A DNA stretch of 64,000 nucleotides. It comes from Candidatus Woesearchaeota archaeon. GTDB taxonomy: Archaea; Nanobdellota; Nanobdellia; Woesearchaeales; GW2011-AR9. The stretch lies in the NCBI GenBank assembly GCA_016214025.1, contig JACRPH010000004.1:17370-81369 (forward strand). The letters are read 5' to 3'. Under the pieces are notes generated by a model. The model saw nothing but the letters and a program-made list of their open reading frames with translations. It did not search any database and was not told the DNA's origin. The first letter of the stretch is position 1. Each line of letters opens with the position of its first letter. This document shows positions 47,191 to 56,045 of this stretch, in pieces. The position numbers and the translations under genes were made by a program.

Positions 47191-47432
47191 TTCACTGCCT
47201 CACTTACATCTTCTGGAGATACTTTTTGCTTCTGGAATTGTTTCGCAATCTCCTGAGACAATTTCTGGAATTCTGCTTTTACATCAGGCATTTTCACTTT
47301 TTTAAACAATATTCCCCCTTTCACAGGAAATGGAACAAATCTATCTCCGGCAGCAAAACCTTCTTCCATTCTTATATCCTGAGGAACGACTAATTGCCCC
47401 TTTGGGCTCATTTTTACAAGATCAGTTTCCAT
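47166..47432 (-). CDS. AbrB/MazE-family antitoxin
   Basis: VKMSPKGQLVVPQDIR...GDR. Confidence 0.88.
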   Translation of the reverse strand: METDLVKMSPKGQLVVPQDIRMEEGFAAGDRFVPFPVKGGILFKKVKMPDVKAEFQKLSQEIAKQFQKQKVSPEDVSEAVKWARRKSS

Positions 47433-47455
47433 GGTATCCTACCTCCATCGGTTAT

Positions 47456-47470
47456 GTTAAACTGTTTAAC
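47456..47470. promoter_or_regulatory. Palindromic operator upstream of the AbrB-PIN operon
   Basis: GTTAAAC-T-GTTTAAC perfect inverted repeat next to a TTTAAA box. Confidence 0.5.
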
Positions 47471-47491
47471 CGTTGAACTATTTAAATGTTT

Positions 47492-48472
47492 CTATCCCCA
47501 CACCCCTTTAATCTCCTTCCCGCAATACTTGCATTTTCCATTAACTAATCCCTCTACTTTCACATTATATCCTTTTCTCCTAATCAATACTCTCTTACAC
47601 TGCGGACAGCAAGTATTACTGTATTCTTCATTAAGCACATTTCCCAGATAAACATAAGCCAATCCTGCTTCTTTACCAATATCATGGGCTCTCTTCAAAG
47701 AAGCAAAAGAAGTACTGTGCTTATCCTGCATCTTAAAATCAGGATGGAACCCAGAAATATGCCAGGGCATCTCTTTGTCAATGCTAGCCAGAAATCCGGC
47801 AATTTCCCGCAGTTCTTCTTCTGAATCGTTTTCTCCCGGAATTAACAGGGTGGTTATCTCTACCCATTTGCCTAACGCTTTGCATTTCTTGACGTTATCT
47901 AGAACCGGCTGAAGCTTGGCTCCGCAGTTCTTTAGGTAGAATTGTGGATTGAAGCTTTTCAAATCAATATTAAGAGCATCCACAAAGTCCATAGCTTTCA
48001 ACGCTTCGTCGGAGAAGTAGCCATTAGTCACGAATACATGCTTTTTGTTGGGGGTTAGTTTAGCAATATCTTTAGCATATTCCAGAAATATGGTCGGCTC
48101 GTTGTAAGTGTAGGCAAGGCTAGGATAGGGAGAAGCTTCCTGCGCAGCCTGCTCTGGTGATAATGGTGTTCCGAGGATTCCTCTCTCCTGAGAAATGCCC
48201 CAATTCTGACAGTTAAGGCATCTGAAATTGCATCCCACCGTTCCGATAGAAAAGATTTCTGTTCCCGGGAGAAAATGGTAAAGCGGCTTTTTCTCGATGG
48301 GGTCAATATGTTTGGCTACGACTTTAGAATGCACTAAGAGTTTTAGTTCTCCCTGCTGATTTTCTCTCACCCCACAGATGCCTCTCTTTCCTTCTGCAAT
48401 CAAGCATTTATGGTGACAGGCAAGACAGCGAAGTTTGGAGTTTTCAGGTTTGAACAGGATTGGAGTGGGCAT
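47492..48472 (-). CDS. amrS: AmmeMemoRadiSam system radical SAM enzyme
   Basis: CLACHHKC...GICGVREN, DPIEKKPLYHF, GCNFRCLNCQNW, AYTYNEP, NIDLKS, EITTLLIPG, CPQC. Confidence 0.95.
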   Translation of the reverse strand: MPTPILFKPENSKLRCLACHHKCLIAEGKRGICGVRENQQGELKLLVHSKVVAKHIDPIEKKPLYHFLPGTEIFSIGTVGCNFRCLNCQNWGISQERGILGTPLSPEQAAQEASPYPSLAYTYNEPTIFLEYAKDIAKLTPNKKHVFVTNGYFSDEALKAMDFVDALNIDLKSFNPQFYLKNCGAKLQPVLDNVKKCKALGKWVEITTLLIPGENDSEEELREIAGFLASIDKEMPWHISGFHPDFKMQDKHSTSFASLKRAHDIGKEAGLAYVYLGNVLNEEYSNTCCPQCKRVLIRRKGYNVKVEGLVNGKCKYCGKEIKGVWG

Positions 48473-48594
48473 AATCTAAGAAATATCAGTTAAGATTTAA
48501 ACTTTTTCACTTCAACAGTATCTCCGAAGCTTTTTCTCTAAATTTCAATTAGCATTATCCTGATGGGTTCCTCCAGCAAAAAATGAGGCAGCTG

Positions 48595-48693
48595 CTAGCA
48601 CCTGAAAGCCAGCTTACGGTCTTTAAGACTGCCTTCTCCCCATTTTTTATAGCGTTGTTCGATTTTCCACAGTGCCATCCTGCTAATTTTCAA
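48595..48693 (-). mobile_element. Degenerate transposase N-terminal HTH fragment (IS481/IS3-like)
   Basis: Manual translation LKISRMALWKIEQRYKKWGEGSLKDRK resembles the ISRxTxxKWxxRY..G..GL.DR pattern. No catalytic domain. Confidence 0.4.
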
Positions 48694-48824
48694 TATAAGG
48701 GGGGGATTTTTTAAGTCCAAGTGTGCCCAAAATTTTTTGCTAACCTGGAAAATAGTTCTGTATCATATATTAGCAGTGTTTTTAATCCAGTAGTAATTTT
48801 AGTTCAATTAAAAGAGGTGATACC

Positions 48825-49136
48825 ATGAGAGCAATGTTTAATCGCTGTATGGAATGCGATGAAATTGTGACTAACCCGATCTGCTCGGAGTGTCTGGCAG
48901 AACAGATGAGAACGGCAGTAGCTGAAGATTCACCTAAATTGGCTAAGCTGATTCAAGGAATTAACACTATGGGGGAAACATTGTGCTTGTTCTGCCATAA
49001 ACGCGTAGGCTTATGCGCGCACTGCTTCAGCAAAGATGTGCACGAATTAATTGCAGAAAAGAATCCGCAGTTGGCCAAGAAGTTCATGGCGCAGTTTGAT
49101 TTTGAACTAAGAACAAAAATAGCTGATTTTGAATAA
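48825..49136 (+). CDS. Small Cys-rich (four CxxC) protein, paralog of 26931..27263
   Basis: CMEC, TNPICSECLA, CLFC, GLCAHCFS, FDFELR; GAGGTG SD. Confidence 0.78.
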   Translation: MRAMFNRCMECDEIVTNPICSECLAEQMRTAVAEDSPKLAKLIQGINTMGETLCLFCHKRVGLCAHCFSKDVHELIAEKNPQLAKKFMAQFDFELRTKIADFE

Positions 49137-49224
49137 ATAGCATAGTTAGCATTTTCTTACACACCATTCCCGCTAAATTTTCTTAGAGTAACTTTAATAA
49201 TAACCTATATTTTCTAGAAGTATC

Positions 49225-50358
49225 ATGTTCAATTTTAGAATTAAACATAAAGCTCAAAACAGCCAGGCGCGTACTGGCATCATTAGCACTTCTCACGGAA
49301 AGATAAATACACCTGCTTTTATTCCAGTAGCTACCCAAGCCACCGTTAAAGCGCTCACTCCGATACAATTGGAAGAAATCGGATTTGAAGCGGTCTTGTG
49401 CAATACTTACCATCTCTATCTCCGCCCGGGAGCAGCTCTCGTTAAAAAAATGGGCGGGCTGCAGAAGTTCATGGCCTGGAACAAGCCTTTGTTTACCGAT
49501 TCTGGAGGATTTCAGGTGTTCAGCTTGAAAAACGGCTTATGCGAAGTGAATGATGATGGTGTTACCTTCAAATCACATATTGATGCTTCTAAACATATTT
49601 TTACCCCAGAAAAATCGATGCAGATCCAACGAAAATTAGGTGCAGACTTGATTTTTGCTTTTGACCAGTGCCTGGCTCTTAATGCTGATTACGAGACTAC
49701 TAAGAAATCTCTGGAGAGGACCCATGCCTGGGCAGTAAGAAGTTTGAGAGAGTTCAAAAGGTTGAATAAAGATAAGAAACAAGCGCTTTATGGTATTGTG
49801 CAAGGAGGAAGATTTTTAGAGCTGCGCCAAAAAAGTGCGAAGTTTATCTCTTCACTGGGGTTTGATGCTATCGGCATAGGCAGTATTTTCGGCGATCCTA
49901 AAGACGAAAGCAGGAAGATTGTGGAGCATACGCTTAAGTTTTTGCCACCGGGTAAACCAAAACACCTGCTGGGCATTGGAGCAGTAGAGGACATCTTTAC
50001 TTATGTAGAAATGGGAATGGATACGTTTGATTGTGTTCTTCCCACCCGATTGGCGAGAGTTGGTTATATTTATATCCGGCCGGAATCCGGAGGAAAGCCG
50101 GAGAATAAGTTTAGATACAGGATTACTACCTCTAAATTTAAATCAGATAAAAAGCCATTAGATGGACATTGTGATTGTTATGTCTGCCAGAATTTCTCCC
50201 GGGCTTATCTGCATCATTTATTCAAAGCCGAAGAATTATTGTCTTATACTTTGGCTACATATCACAATCTGTATTTCTTTGCTCGGATGATGCGGGAGAT
50301 TAGGGAGAGTATTGAGAAAGATAAGTTTAGGGAGCTGAAGAGGAAGTGGGTGAAATAA
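49225..50358 (+). CDS. tgt: tRNA-guanine transglycosylase (short, bacterial/queuine-type architecture)
   Basis: TPAFIPVAT, CNTYHL, TDSGGFQVFSL, FDQC, GIVQGG, HLLGIG, FDCVLPTR, CDCYVC...HN Zn site. No PUA domain. Confidence 0.93.
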   Translation: MFNFRIKHKAQNSQARTGIISTSHGKINTPAFIPVATQATVKALTPIQLEEIGFEAVLCNTYHLYLRPGAALVKKMGGLQKFMAWNKPLFTDSGGFQVFSLKNGLCEVNDDGVTFKSHIDASKHIFTPEKSMQIQRKLGADLIFAFDQCLALNADYETTKKSLERTHAWAVRSLREFKRLNKDKKQALYGIVQGGRFLELRQKSAKFISSLGFDAIGIGSIFGDPKDESRKIVEHTLKFLPPGKPKHLLGIGAVEDIFTYVEMGMDTFDCVLPTRLARVGYIYIRPESGGKPENKFRYRITTSKFKSDKKPLDGHCDCYVCQNFSRAYLHHLFKAEELLSYTLATYHNLYFFARMMREIRESIEKDKFRELKRKWVK

Positions 50359-50490
50359 CTGCTTTGAAGTTGAAGAGGAAGTGGGTGGGGATGAAAAAAT
50401 AGGAAGAAACAAAGAGCGGGGTGAAAAGTTGATGTCCACATCTATCCTGAATTATGAAATGTTGTCCACAATATCACCACAGTATTATAA

Positions 50491-50526
50491 TTAACGAAAG
50501 ATATATAAATACATAACTTTTGTTAA
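50491..50526. promoter_or_regulatory. Inverted repeat flanking the TATA box of the AbiE-like operon
   Basis: TTAACGAAAG ... CTTTTGTTAA (9/10 complementary) around ATATATAAAT. Confidence 0.45.
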
Positions 50527-50553
50527 CCATATAATTAACCAAATAAGCACAAC

Positions 50554-51207
50554 ATGGAACAAATACCTTTGCAAATAAGATTGAAAAGAGAAGTCCACCG
50601 CAAGATAGCTTCAGCTCAGGACTTAATCGTCAAAGAAGTTTATTCTGTCTTTAATAAGGCAGTTTTACATGGAGGGACAGCCATCTGGCGGTGCTACTCA
50701 GGCAAGAGGTTCTCAGAAGATTTAGACTTTTATCTTCCTAAAGACAAAGAAAAGATAGAACAATTGTTTGAAAACTTAAAGAAAGGTGGTTTTGAAATAA
50801 AAAAGAAAAAAATCTCCGACCGAAGCATTTATTCTGAATTAGAGCTGGCTCGAACCTCAGTCCGACTAGAAGCAACTTTTCAAGATATTCCCGGAGTTAT
50901 CTGCGATTATGAACAGTCTGATGGCAATTTTATCTCCATCTACAGTTTAACTCCAGAAGCATTCTTGGCTGAAAAAATCAATACTTACCTAAAACGATTC
51001 AAAGTAAGAGACTTGTGGGATATTTTCTTTTTATTAAAGAGCGTTAAAGATTTAAAACAAATTAAAGAGATGGCAGCATTCATTAAAAACTATAAACAGC
51101 CTGTAGATGAAGAAAATCTTAAAGCCATCCTGCTGGAAGGGATAGTGCCCTCAGCTCAAGAGATGTTAATATATATCCACCAAAAATGGGAACAAGAATC
51201 CACTTAG
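50554..51207 (+). CDS. AbiEii-family nucleotidyltransferase toxin
   Basis: LHGGTAIWRCY...RFSEDLDF, LAEKI, RFKVRDLWDI. Confidence 0.88.
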   Translation: MEQIPLQIRLKREVHRKIASAQDLIVKEVYSVFNKAVLHGGTAIWRCYSGKRFSEDLDFYLPKDKEKIEQLFENLKKGGFEIKKKKISDRSIYSELELARTSVRLEATFQDIPGVICDYEQSDGNFISIYSLTPEAFLAEKINTYLKRFKVRDLWDIFFLLKSVKDLKQIKEMAAFIKNYKQPVDEENLKAILLEGIVPSAQEMLIYIHQKWEQEST

Positions 51208-51776
51208 CTCAGATTGAACGCCTGTTTGAAAAAAGCCCGGTAGTAGATTTTAAGTCTATTGCAAGAATAATTCGATCCGGCAAAGGTAAAAGTAGGAGCA
51301 ATTATGCTAAACTAATGGTTTCTAATCTGTTGAAGAAAGACAAAATCCATAAAGTCGGAAAAGGATATTACTCCCAGCATAATGAAAGCTCTTTGGCTGT
51401 TTTTGGGTTTCAGCCCGCTTATTTGGGCTTGCAAAGTGCTCTAAGTTACTATGGGTTGTGGGAGCAGGAGACCATACCCATAATCTTAACTACAAAAAAA
51501 GTTAGAAGAGGGCTCCGGCAAGTCTTGGGAACAAATATTCTAGTAAGAAATATCAGCAGGAAGTATTTCTTCGGTTTTGAGCTGGCCAGAGAAGAAAGTT
51601 TTTATCTGCCCTACTCTGACTTGGAAAAAACGCTGATCGATTTTGTTGTGTTTAATGAAAAGATTGATGATTCTGTCTTAAAAGCGCTGGCTAAGAGAGT
51701 TGATAGAGATAAGTTAAAGAAATATCTCTGGAGGTATCCTAAAAAGCTCAGAGGGAGGGTGGAGGGGGTTTTATAG
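51186..51776 (+). CDS. AbiEi-like antitoxin (type IV TA)
   Basis: N-terminal wHTH (KIHKVGKGYY), AYLGLQSALSYYGL, FFGF, SDLEKTLID. Confidence 0.82.
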   Translation: MGTRIHLAQIERLFEKSPVVDFKSIARIIRSGKGKSRSNYAKLMVSNLLKKDKIHKVGKGYYSQHNESSLAVFGFQPAYLGLQSALSYYGLWEQETIPIILTTKKVRRGLRQVLGTNILVRNISRKYFFGFELAREESFYLPYSDLEKTLIDFVVFNEKIDDSVLKALAKRVDRDKLKKYLWRYPKKLRGRVEGVL

Positions 51777-51917
51777 CTAGTTTTCCGGCAATTTCTTTAC
51801 TCGCTGGGAGAGGGGATGATGATTTTTGAAAAGGGTAATTTAGCTGCTGCTGGAATCGGGCTAACAATTAATCGCAGAAAAGAAGAATAATCCTATCCCC
51901 CCATTAGTATATCCTTA

Positions 51918-51951
51918 TTATAGTAAATTGCAAAAATAATGGAACATTATG
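51918..51951. repeat. 34-bp exact copy of 33447-33480
   Basis: TTATAGTAAATTGCAAAAATAATGGAACATTATG is identical at both sites. Confidence 0.85.
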
Positions 51952-51994
51952 CCATGCAATTTACTATACTAGCAAATCTCGACAAGTTCCATAA

Positions 51995-52465
51995 TTAACG
52001 AGATTTGCTATTATCTTCTTCATCACCCCCTCCATCATCATTTGCTTCATCTTCTGCGTTTTCTTCATCTTCTCCTTCATCTTCCATACTCTCCTTTGCG
52101 TTCTGCCTTAGCGTTTCCAGAACAGTTTCCGCGGCCATACACGCTCCCTGCCAGAACATCTCCTCTGCTAATTCTCTCTTAGAGTTTTCTTTTAAATCGT
52201 CTTTTAAGTCTGACCACACTTTTGAGAATTCCTGCTCGACTAATTCATCAGCAAGATCTTCTGCCATTTTCTCATTTAATTCTCCCAAAGGCATGTCCAC
52301 ATGGATTTTTCCGATTTCTTCTTCGGACATTTTTGAGAATTCTTCTTTTTTGTTATCAAAACACTCAAAACAGGCATGCTTTTCCACACCTTCCAACATA
52401 TCTTCCGGGCATTCTATTTCTTTGCCGCAGAAACTGCATTTCACCTTTACTGATTTTTTATCCAT
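51995..52465 (-). CDS. Acidic zinc-finger protein
   Basis: CSFC...HACFEC and a D/E-rich tail; GAGGTG SD. Confidence 0.65.
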   Translation of the reverse strand: MDKKSVKVKCSFCGKEIECPEDMLEGVEKHACFECFDNKKEEFSKMSEEEIGKIHVDMPLGELNEKMAEDLADELVEQEFSKVWSDLKDDLKENSKRELAEEMFWQGACMAAETVLETLRQNAKESMEDEGEDEENAEDEANDDGGGDEEDNSKSR

Positions 52466-52510
52466 AAAGCACCTCTAAACTTTTATTCTCCTAACTGTTA
52501 TCCCTCATGC

Positions 52511-54799
52511 TTACCCCTTCCTTTTCTTCCCTTCCCTCTTCATCCACTCTTTATACTCAAATAAAATCTTCTTCGAGTCTAGTTTACCATATTTGTCTTT
52601 AATCTTGTCCGAAATCAACCTGAACGCATCGTTAGCTTTTACTACAAATTCTGCTTCCAGGATAGTCGGATCTTGTTTTTCGATGAATAAATCCACAATG
52701 GCCTGTTTGCAATCCGCCCTTAACTGAATATTCTCCCACACCGCTTCCCAGTTCCCGGCGAACTCTTTTATCTTCCCCGCCATTCTTTTCAGTATGTCTG
52801 AATTGCCGTTAATTAGGTCATCAGTCAATTCCAATTCATCCGTTTTAGGATTATACACCATCAAATCTACAAACGCGCCTTCTTTCAATGGGTCCTCATC
52901 CCATTCTTTTCTCACTTCAGTAATTCTAAGCACTCTCTTGAATTTCTTCAATCCGGAAATGATGGGATTAGCGATTACAATAATATCAATCGCTTTAAAT
53001 GAAGTTTTAGGCACCCCGATATCGTTTACAACCCTATCATAAATGCCATAAGGAGAATCGGCATGAATGGTTCCGGCTACTACATTAGCGGCTGCGCCTA
53101 CCCGCATCGCTTCAAAAAGTGCTACTGCTTCTTTCGATCTAACTTCTCCTACAAACAAGGCTGAATCTCCCATCCTTAAAGTGGATCTTATTCCGATAGA
53201 AGCATCTACTTCCGAACCAGGAGATGATAACGCCGAGGCTACTTTCATTGCTTCTAGATTATATCCTAATTCACGTAATGCTTCTTGGGGAAGTTCAAAA
53301 GTGTCCTCCAACGAAATAAGGCGCACCCTTCGCATTATCTCCACCATAACACTTCCTAGCAGGCTGGATTTTCCGCTGCTCCTGGTTCCAGCAATAAGTA
53401 AAGCGGCGTTATTATCGATAATGAAACTTAGCAATCCGGCAGCAAGTGAATTCATCATTCTTATCTTGGGCTGCATGTACAACGGAAAAGTCCAGGGGAA
53501 ATCTCTATGCCGGCGGAAAGAAAACGCCATTCCTGCCGGAGACAACGGAGCAGTTATAGCTGAAACTCTGGAGCTGAATCCTTTAACTTTTAATTCCGTA
53601 TCTAATATCGGATTAGCTTCATCAAGTGGTCTTCCGGAAATTAATCTGAGCTTGGTAGCCCAGCTATCCACTTCTAATCGGGTGGGATAGACATTAGTAT
53701 AACAATCTCCATAATCCTGATGCACGACGAAAATGGGTAGTTCTCCATTTGGCGAGTTGATGTTAACATCCTGCACTTTGGGATCAGCTAATAGTAATTC
53801 GATAAGCCCAAATCCTATTGTGTATCTCAGCAGTGCCCGTGCTAATTTATCCACCTCTTCTTCTTTAAGTTTTAATCCGCGGTGCTCAGCTAAATCGTTC
53901 AACAAATCTTTTCCGATGTTAAAGAACACTTCTCTCATGCGCTGGGGGTCGACAAACTCTTCCTTGCCCGGCTTATGCTCGGACATGATGCGTTTGGCAT
54001 CGTCGAGAAGCTCGTAACTCTGCTCATCAAACTTAAATTCTGGAGGAGTAATATGATATTGGGTCTTAACATTGTCGTCAAAGGAGAAAATATTTACTTC
54101 ACAGGAATCTCCTTCAGCATCAAAGTCATAACTTTCTTCGAGCTCCCCGTCAGGAAACTCGCTGATTAATTTAGTATACATGAAATCAGGCCGGGTAGTG
54201 GGATGGAAAATATTAGCATAAACCTCTCTCTCGCCCAATTTGTATTCCTGGGTATGGGGCATCAGCAGTTGAATTATCTTTAATTGCTCTATTTTCTGCA
54301 GTGCATCTTGGATTATAGCTAAAAATTGCTGCTGGGAATGCTGGTGTCTCTGGTCGATTAGATTATTTAGTTTAAGTTTCTCTCGAAGTTCTAATCGTTT
54401 CATCTCTACATAAGCTGCTAACGGGTCTTCTTTCAGACGCTTAGATAGTAATCTCTGAAATTGGGCATAACTTCCTCGCACGTAACGCTCATGCATGGGA
54501 TCAACCACTATATGTGAATAATTGTAGCGTTCATCTTTATTCAGCATTTTATATAATAACGATAATTCAATCAATAGCTGGGTTTGCGAATAATCGTATT
54601 CATATTCTCTTAATTGAGTAAGAATAATGGTGGTAACTCCGCTTACTTCTAACAGAATATCTACTATTTTAGCTGCGCATACTTCATTGTACTCAATCGA
54701 AGGGGGGAAAGTACACTTTTCAGTGTAGACTTTCAGTATCTTGTTCTCTCCTTCATGATAAGTTTCGTACTCAAAACAGTTTTTGCCCAGGTCTACCAT
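52511..54799 (-). CDS. Type II/IV secretion (TadA/VirB11/ArlI-like) ATPase with long N-terminal extension
   Basis: GFGLIELLLADPKVQDV, RPLDEANPILD, FSFRR, AGTRSSGKSS (Walker A), LEDTFEL, LRMGD...VGEVR, GTIHA. Confidence 0.9.
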   Translation of the reverse strand: MVDLGKNCFEYETYHEGENKILKVYTEKCTFPPSIEYNEVCAAKIVDILLEVSGVTTIILTQLREYEYDYSQTQLLIELSLLYKMLNKDERYNYSHIVVDPMHERYVRGSYAQFQRLLSKRLKEDPLAAYVEMKRLELREKLKLNNLIDQRHQHSQQQFLAIIQDALQKIEQLKIIQLLMPHTQEYKLGEREVYANIFHPTTRPDFMYTKLISEFPDGELEESYDFDAEGDSCEVNIFSFDDNVKTQYHITPPEFKFDEQSYELLDDAKRIMSEHKPGKEEFVDPQRMREVFFNIGKDLLNDLAEHRGLKLKEEEVDKLARALLRYTIGFGLIELLLADPKVQDVNINSPNGELPIFVVHQDYGDCYTNVYPTRLEVDSWATKLRLISGRPLDEANPILDTELKVKGFSSRVSAITAPLSPAGMAFSFRRHRDFPWTFPLYMQPKIRMMNSLAAGLLSFIIDNNAALLIAGTRSSGKSSLLGSVMVEIMRRVRLISLEDTFELPQEALRELGYNLEAMKVASALSSPGSEVDASIGIRSTLRMGDSALFVGEVRSKEAVALFEAMRVGAAANVVAGTIHADSPYGIYDRVVNDIGVPKTSFKAIDIIVIANPIISGLKKFKRVLRITEVRKEWDEDPLKEGAFVDLMVYNPKTDELELTDDLINGNSDILKRMAGKIKEFAGNWEAVWENIQLRADCKQAIVDLFIEKQDPTILEAEFVVKANDAFRLISDKIKDKYGKLDSKKILFEYKEWMKREGKKRKG

Positions 54800-54924
54800 C
54801 TTTTTGTACTGGGGAGATTGGCTATTCTTATAAACTTTTGTAGGCAGCAGGGCTATTTTAGCCTAGTGCCACTCCAAAATAATCACATAACTTTATTATA
54901 GGGCTGCAGTTTAAATACCTAATT

Positions 54925-55317
54925 ATGGCAGTGAATACATCTGTAGCAGAACCGCAAGGAGGGATGGACCCGGCCAAGTTATATGTATGGGTGAAAGCAT
55001 TAGAGAGCAAAGTAAACAATATGCTGCGGGAGATGGACTTGTTGAAGAATAATCTGGTCAAGAAAAACGACGAGATGAAAAAAGAGCTCAAAGCCATGAA
55101 TGATGAATTGATGGAAATGAAGAGCGAGCAGCAAAAGATGAGCCAGAACATGGACTTAATCATAAAAGAACTGAAGCAGACCGCAGGAATAGAAGAAGTA
55201 GCGGTGCTGAAGAAGTATATGGACTTATGGAACCCTCTAAATTTTGTGACGCAGAGAGATTTAGAGCGGGCGGTGGAAGCCAAAATCGGAAGCATGAGCA
55301 AATCTGCGGCGAAATAA
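54925..55317 (+). CDS. Coiled-coil protein
   Basis: Heptad-rich sequence with a conserved-looking LKKYMDLWNPLNFVT tail. Confidence 0.75.
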   Translation: MAVNTSVAEPQGGMDPAKLYVWVKALESKVNNMLREMDLLKNNLVKKNDEMKKELKAMNDELMEMKSEQQKMSQNMDLIIKELKQTAGIEEVAVLKKYMDLWNPLNFVTQRDLERAVEAKIGSMSKSAAK

Positions 55318-55366
55318 ATATAAACTTCGTATTGTTTATCAATTATTATCATATTAATTAAAAAAG

Positions 55367-55987
55367 GTGATGATGATGCCGGCACAAAAAGATCCCGTCT
55401 CTGATGTATTACAGCTGCGGGAGCAAGGGCTTACCGATAATCTTATTGCGGAAGAGATGAGAAAGAAAGGCTATTCTCCGCAGCAGGTAAATTCAGCCAT
55501 TGCGCAGGCAGATGCATCAGCAGATACAGGAGGGATGGACATGGGCAATTTTAACGTACCGGCACAAGCTGGATTTCAGGGGCAGGGTTATCCTGCATAT
55601 GGCGGAGGCATGCCGGCAGCACCAACCGCACCCGCTTCAACGGATGATGCTAATCTTTACGAGCGCATTGAAGAAACCGTCGAAGGGATGATAGACGAAA
55701 AATGGGATGAATTAATCGGCGAAGTGAAAAAGATTGTGGAATGGAAGGAAAAGATGGAAGATGCGCTGAAGAAGATTCAAACTGACGTGGATAAGCTGAA
55801 AGAAGATTTCAAATTGCTGCATCAGGGCGTTCTGGGAAGATTAGAAGAATACGACACTAAGATGGGCGACGTGGATACGGAATTGAAAGCAGTAGGAAAA
55901 GTATTCAAAGACGTAGTTCCCCAGTTTGTAGATAATGTGAAAGAGCTGTCTTCTATCACCAAAGGGATGAAGAAGAAAGGGGAGTGA
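55367..55987 (+). CDS. Small helical domain + linker + coiled-coil protein
   Basis: VLQLREQGLTDNLIAEEMRKKGYSPQQVNSA, P/G/A-rich linker, RIEETVEGMIDEKW coiled coil. Confidence 0.75.
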   Translation: MMMMPAQKDPVSDVLQLREQGLTDNLIAEEMRKKGYSPQQVNSAIAQADASADTGGMDMGNFNVPAQAGFQGQGYPAYGGGMPAAPTAPASTDDANLYERIEETVEGMIDEKWDELIGEVKKIVEWKEKMEDALKKIQTDVDKLKEDFKLLHQGVLGRLEEYDTKMGDVDTELKAVGKVFKDVVPQFVDNVKELSSITKGMKKKGE

Positions 55988-56045
55988 GCTTTAGTCTAAG
56001 TTCTAATCTAAGTTATATTTTTCTTTCTTAGAGTTAATTTTATCC

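Noticed and set aside
52511..54799. Calling the ATPase archaellum ArlI/FlaI
   Set aside because: No archaellin, ArlH or ArlJ genes are nearby and the N-terminal extension is atypical, so only the family-level call is supported.
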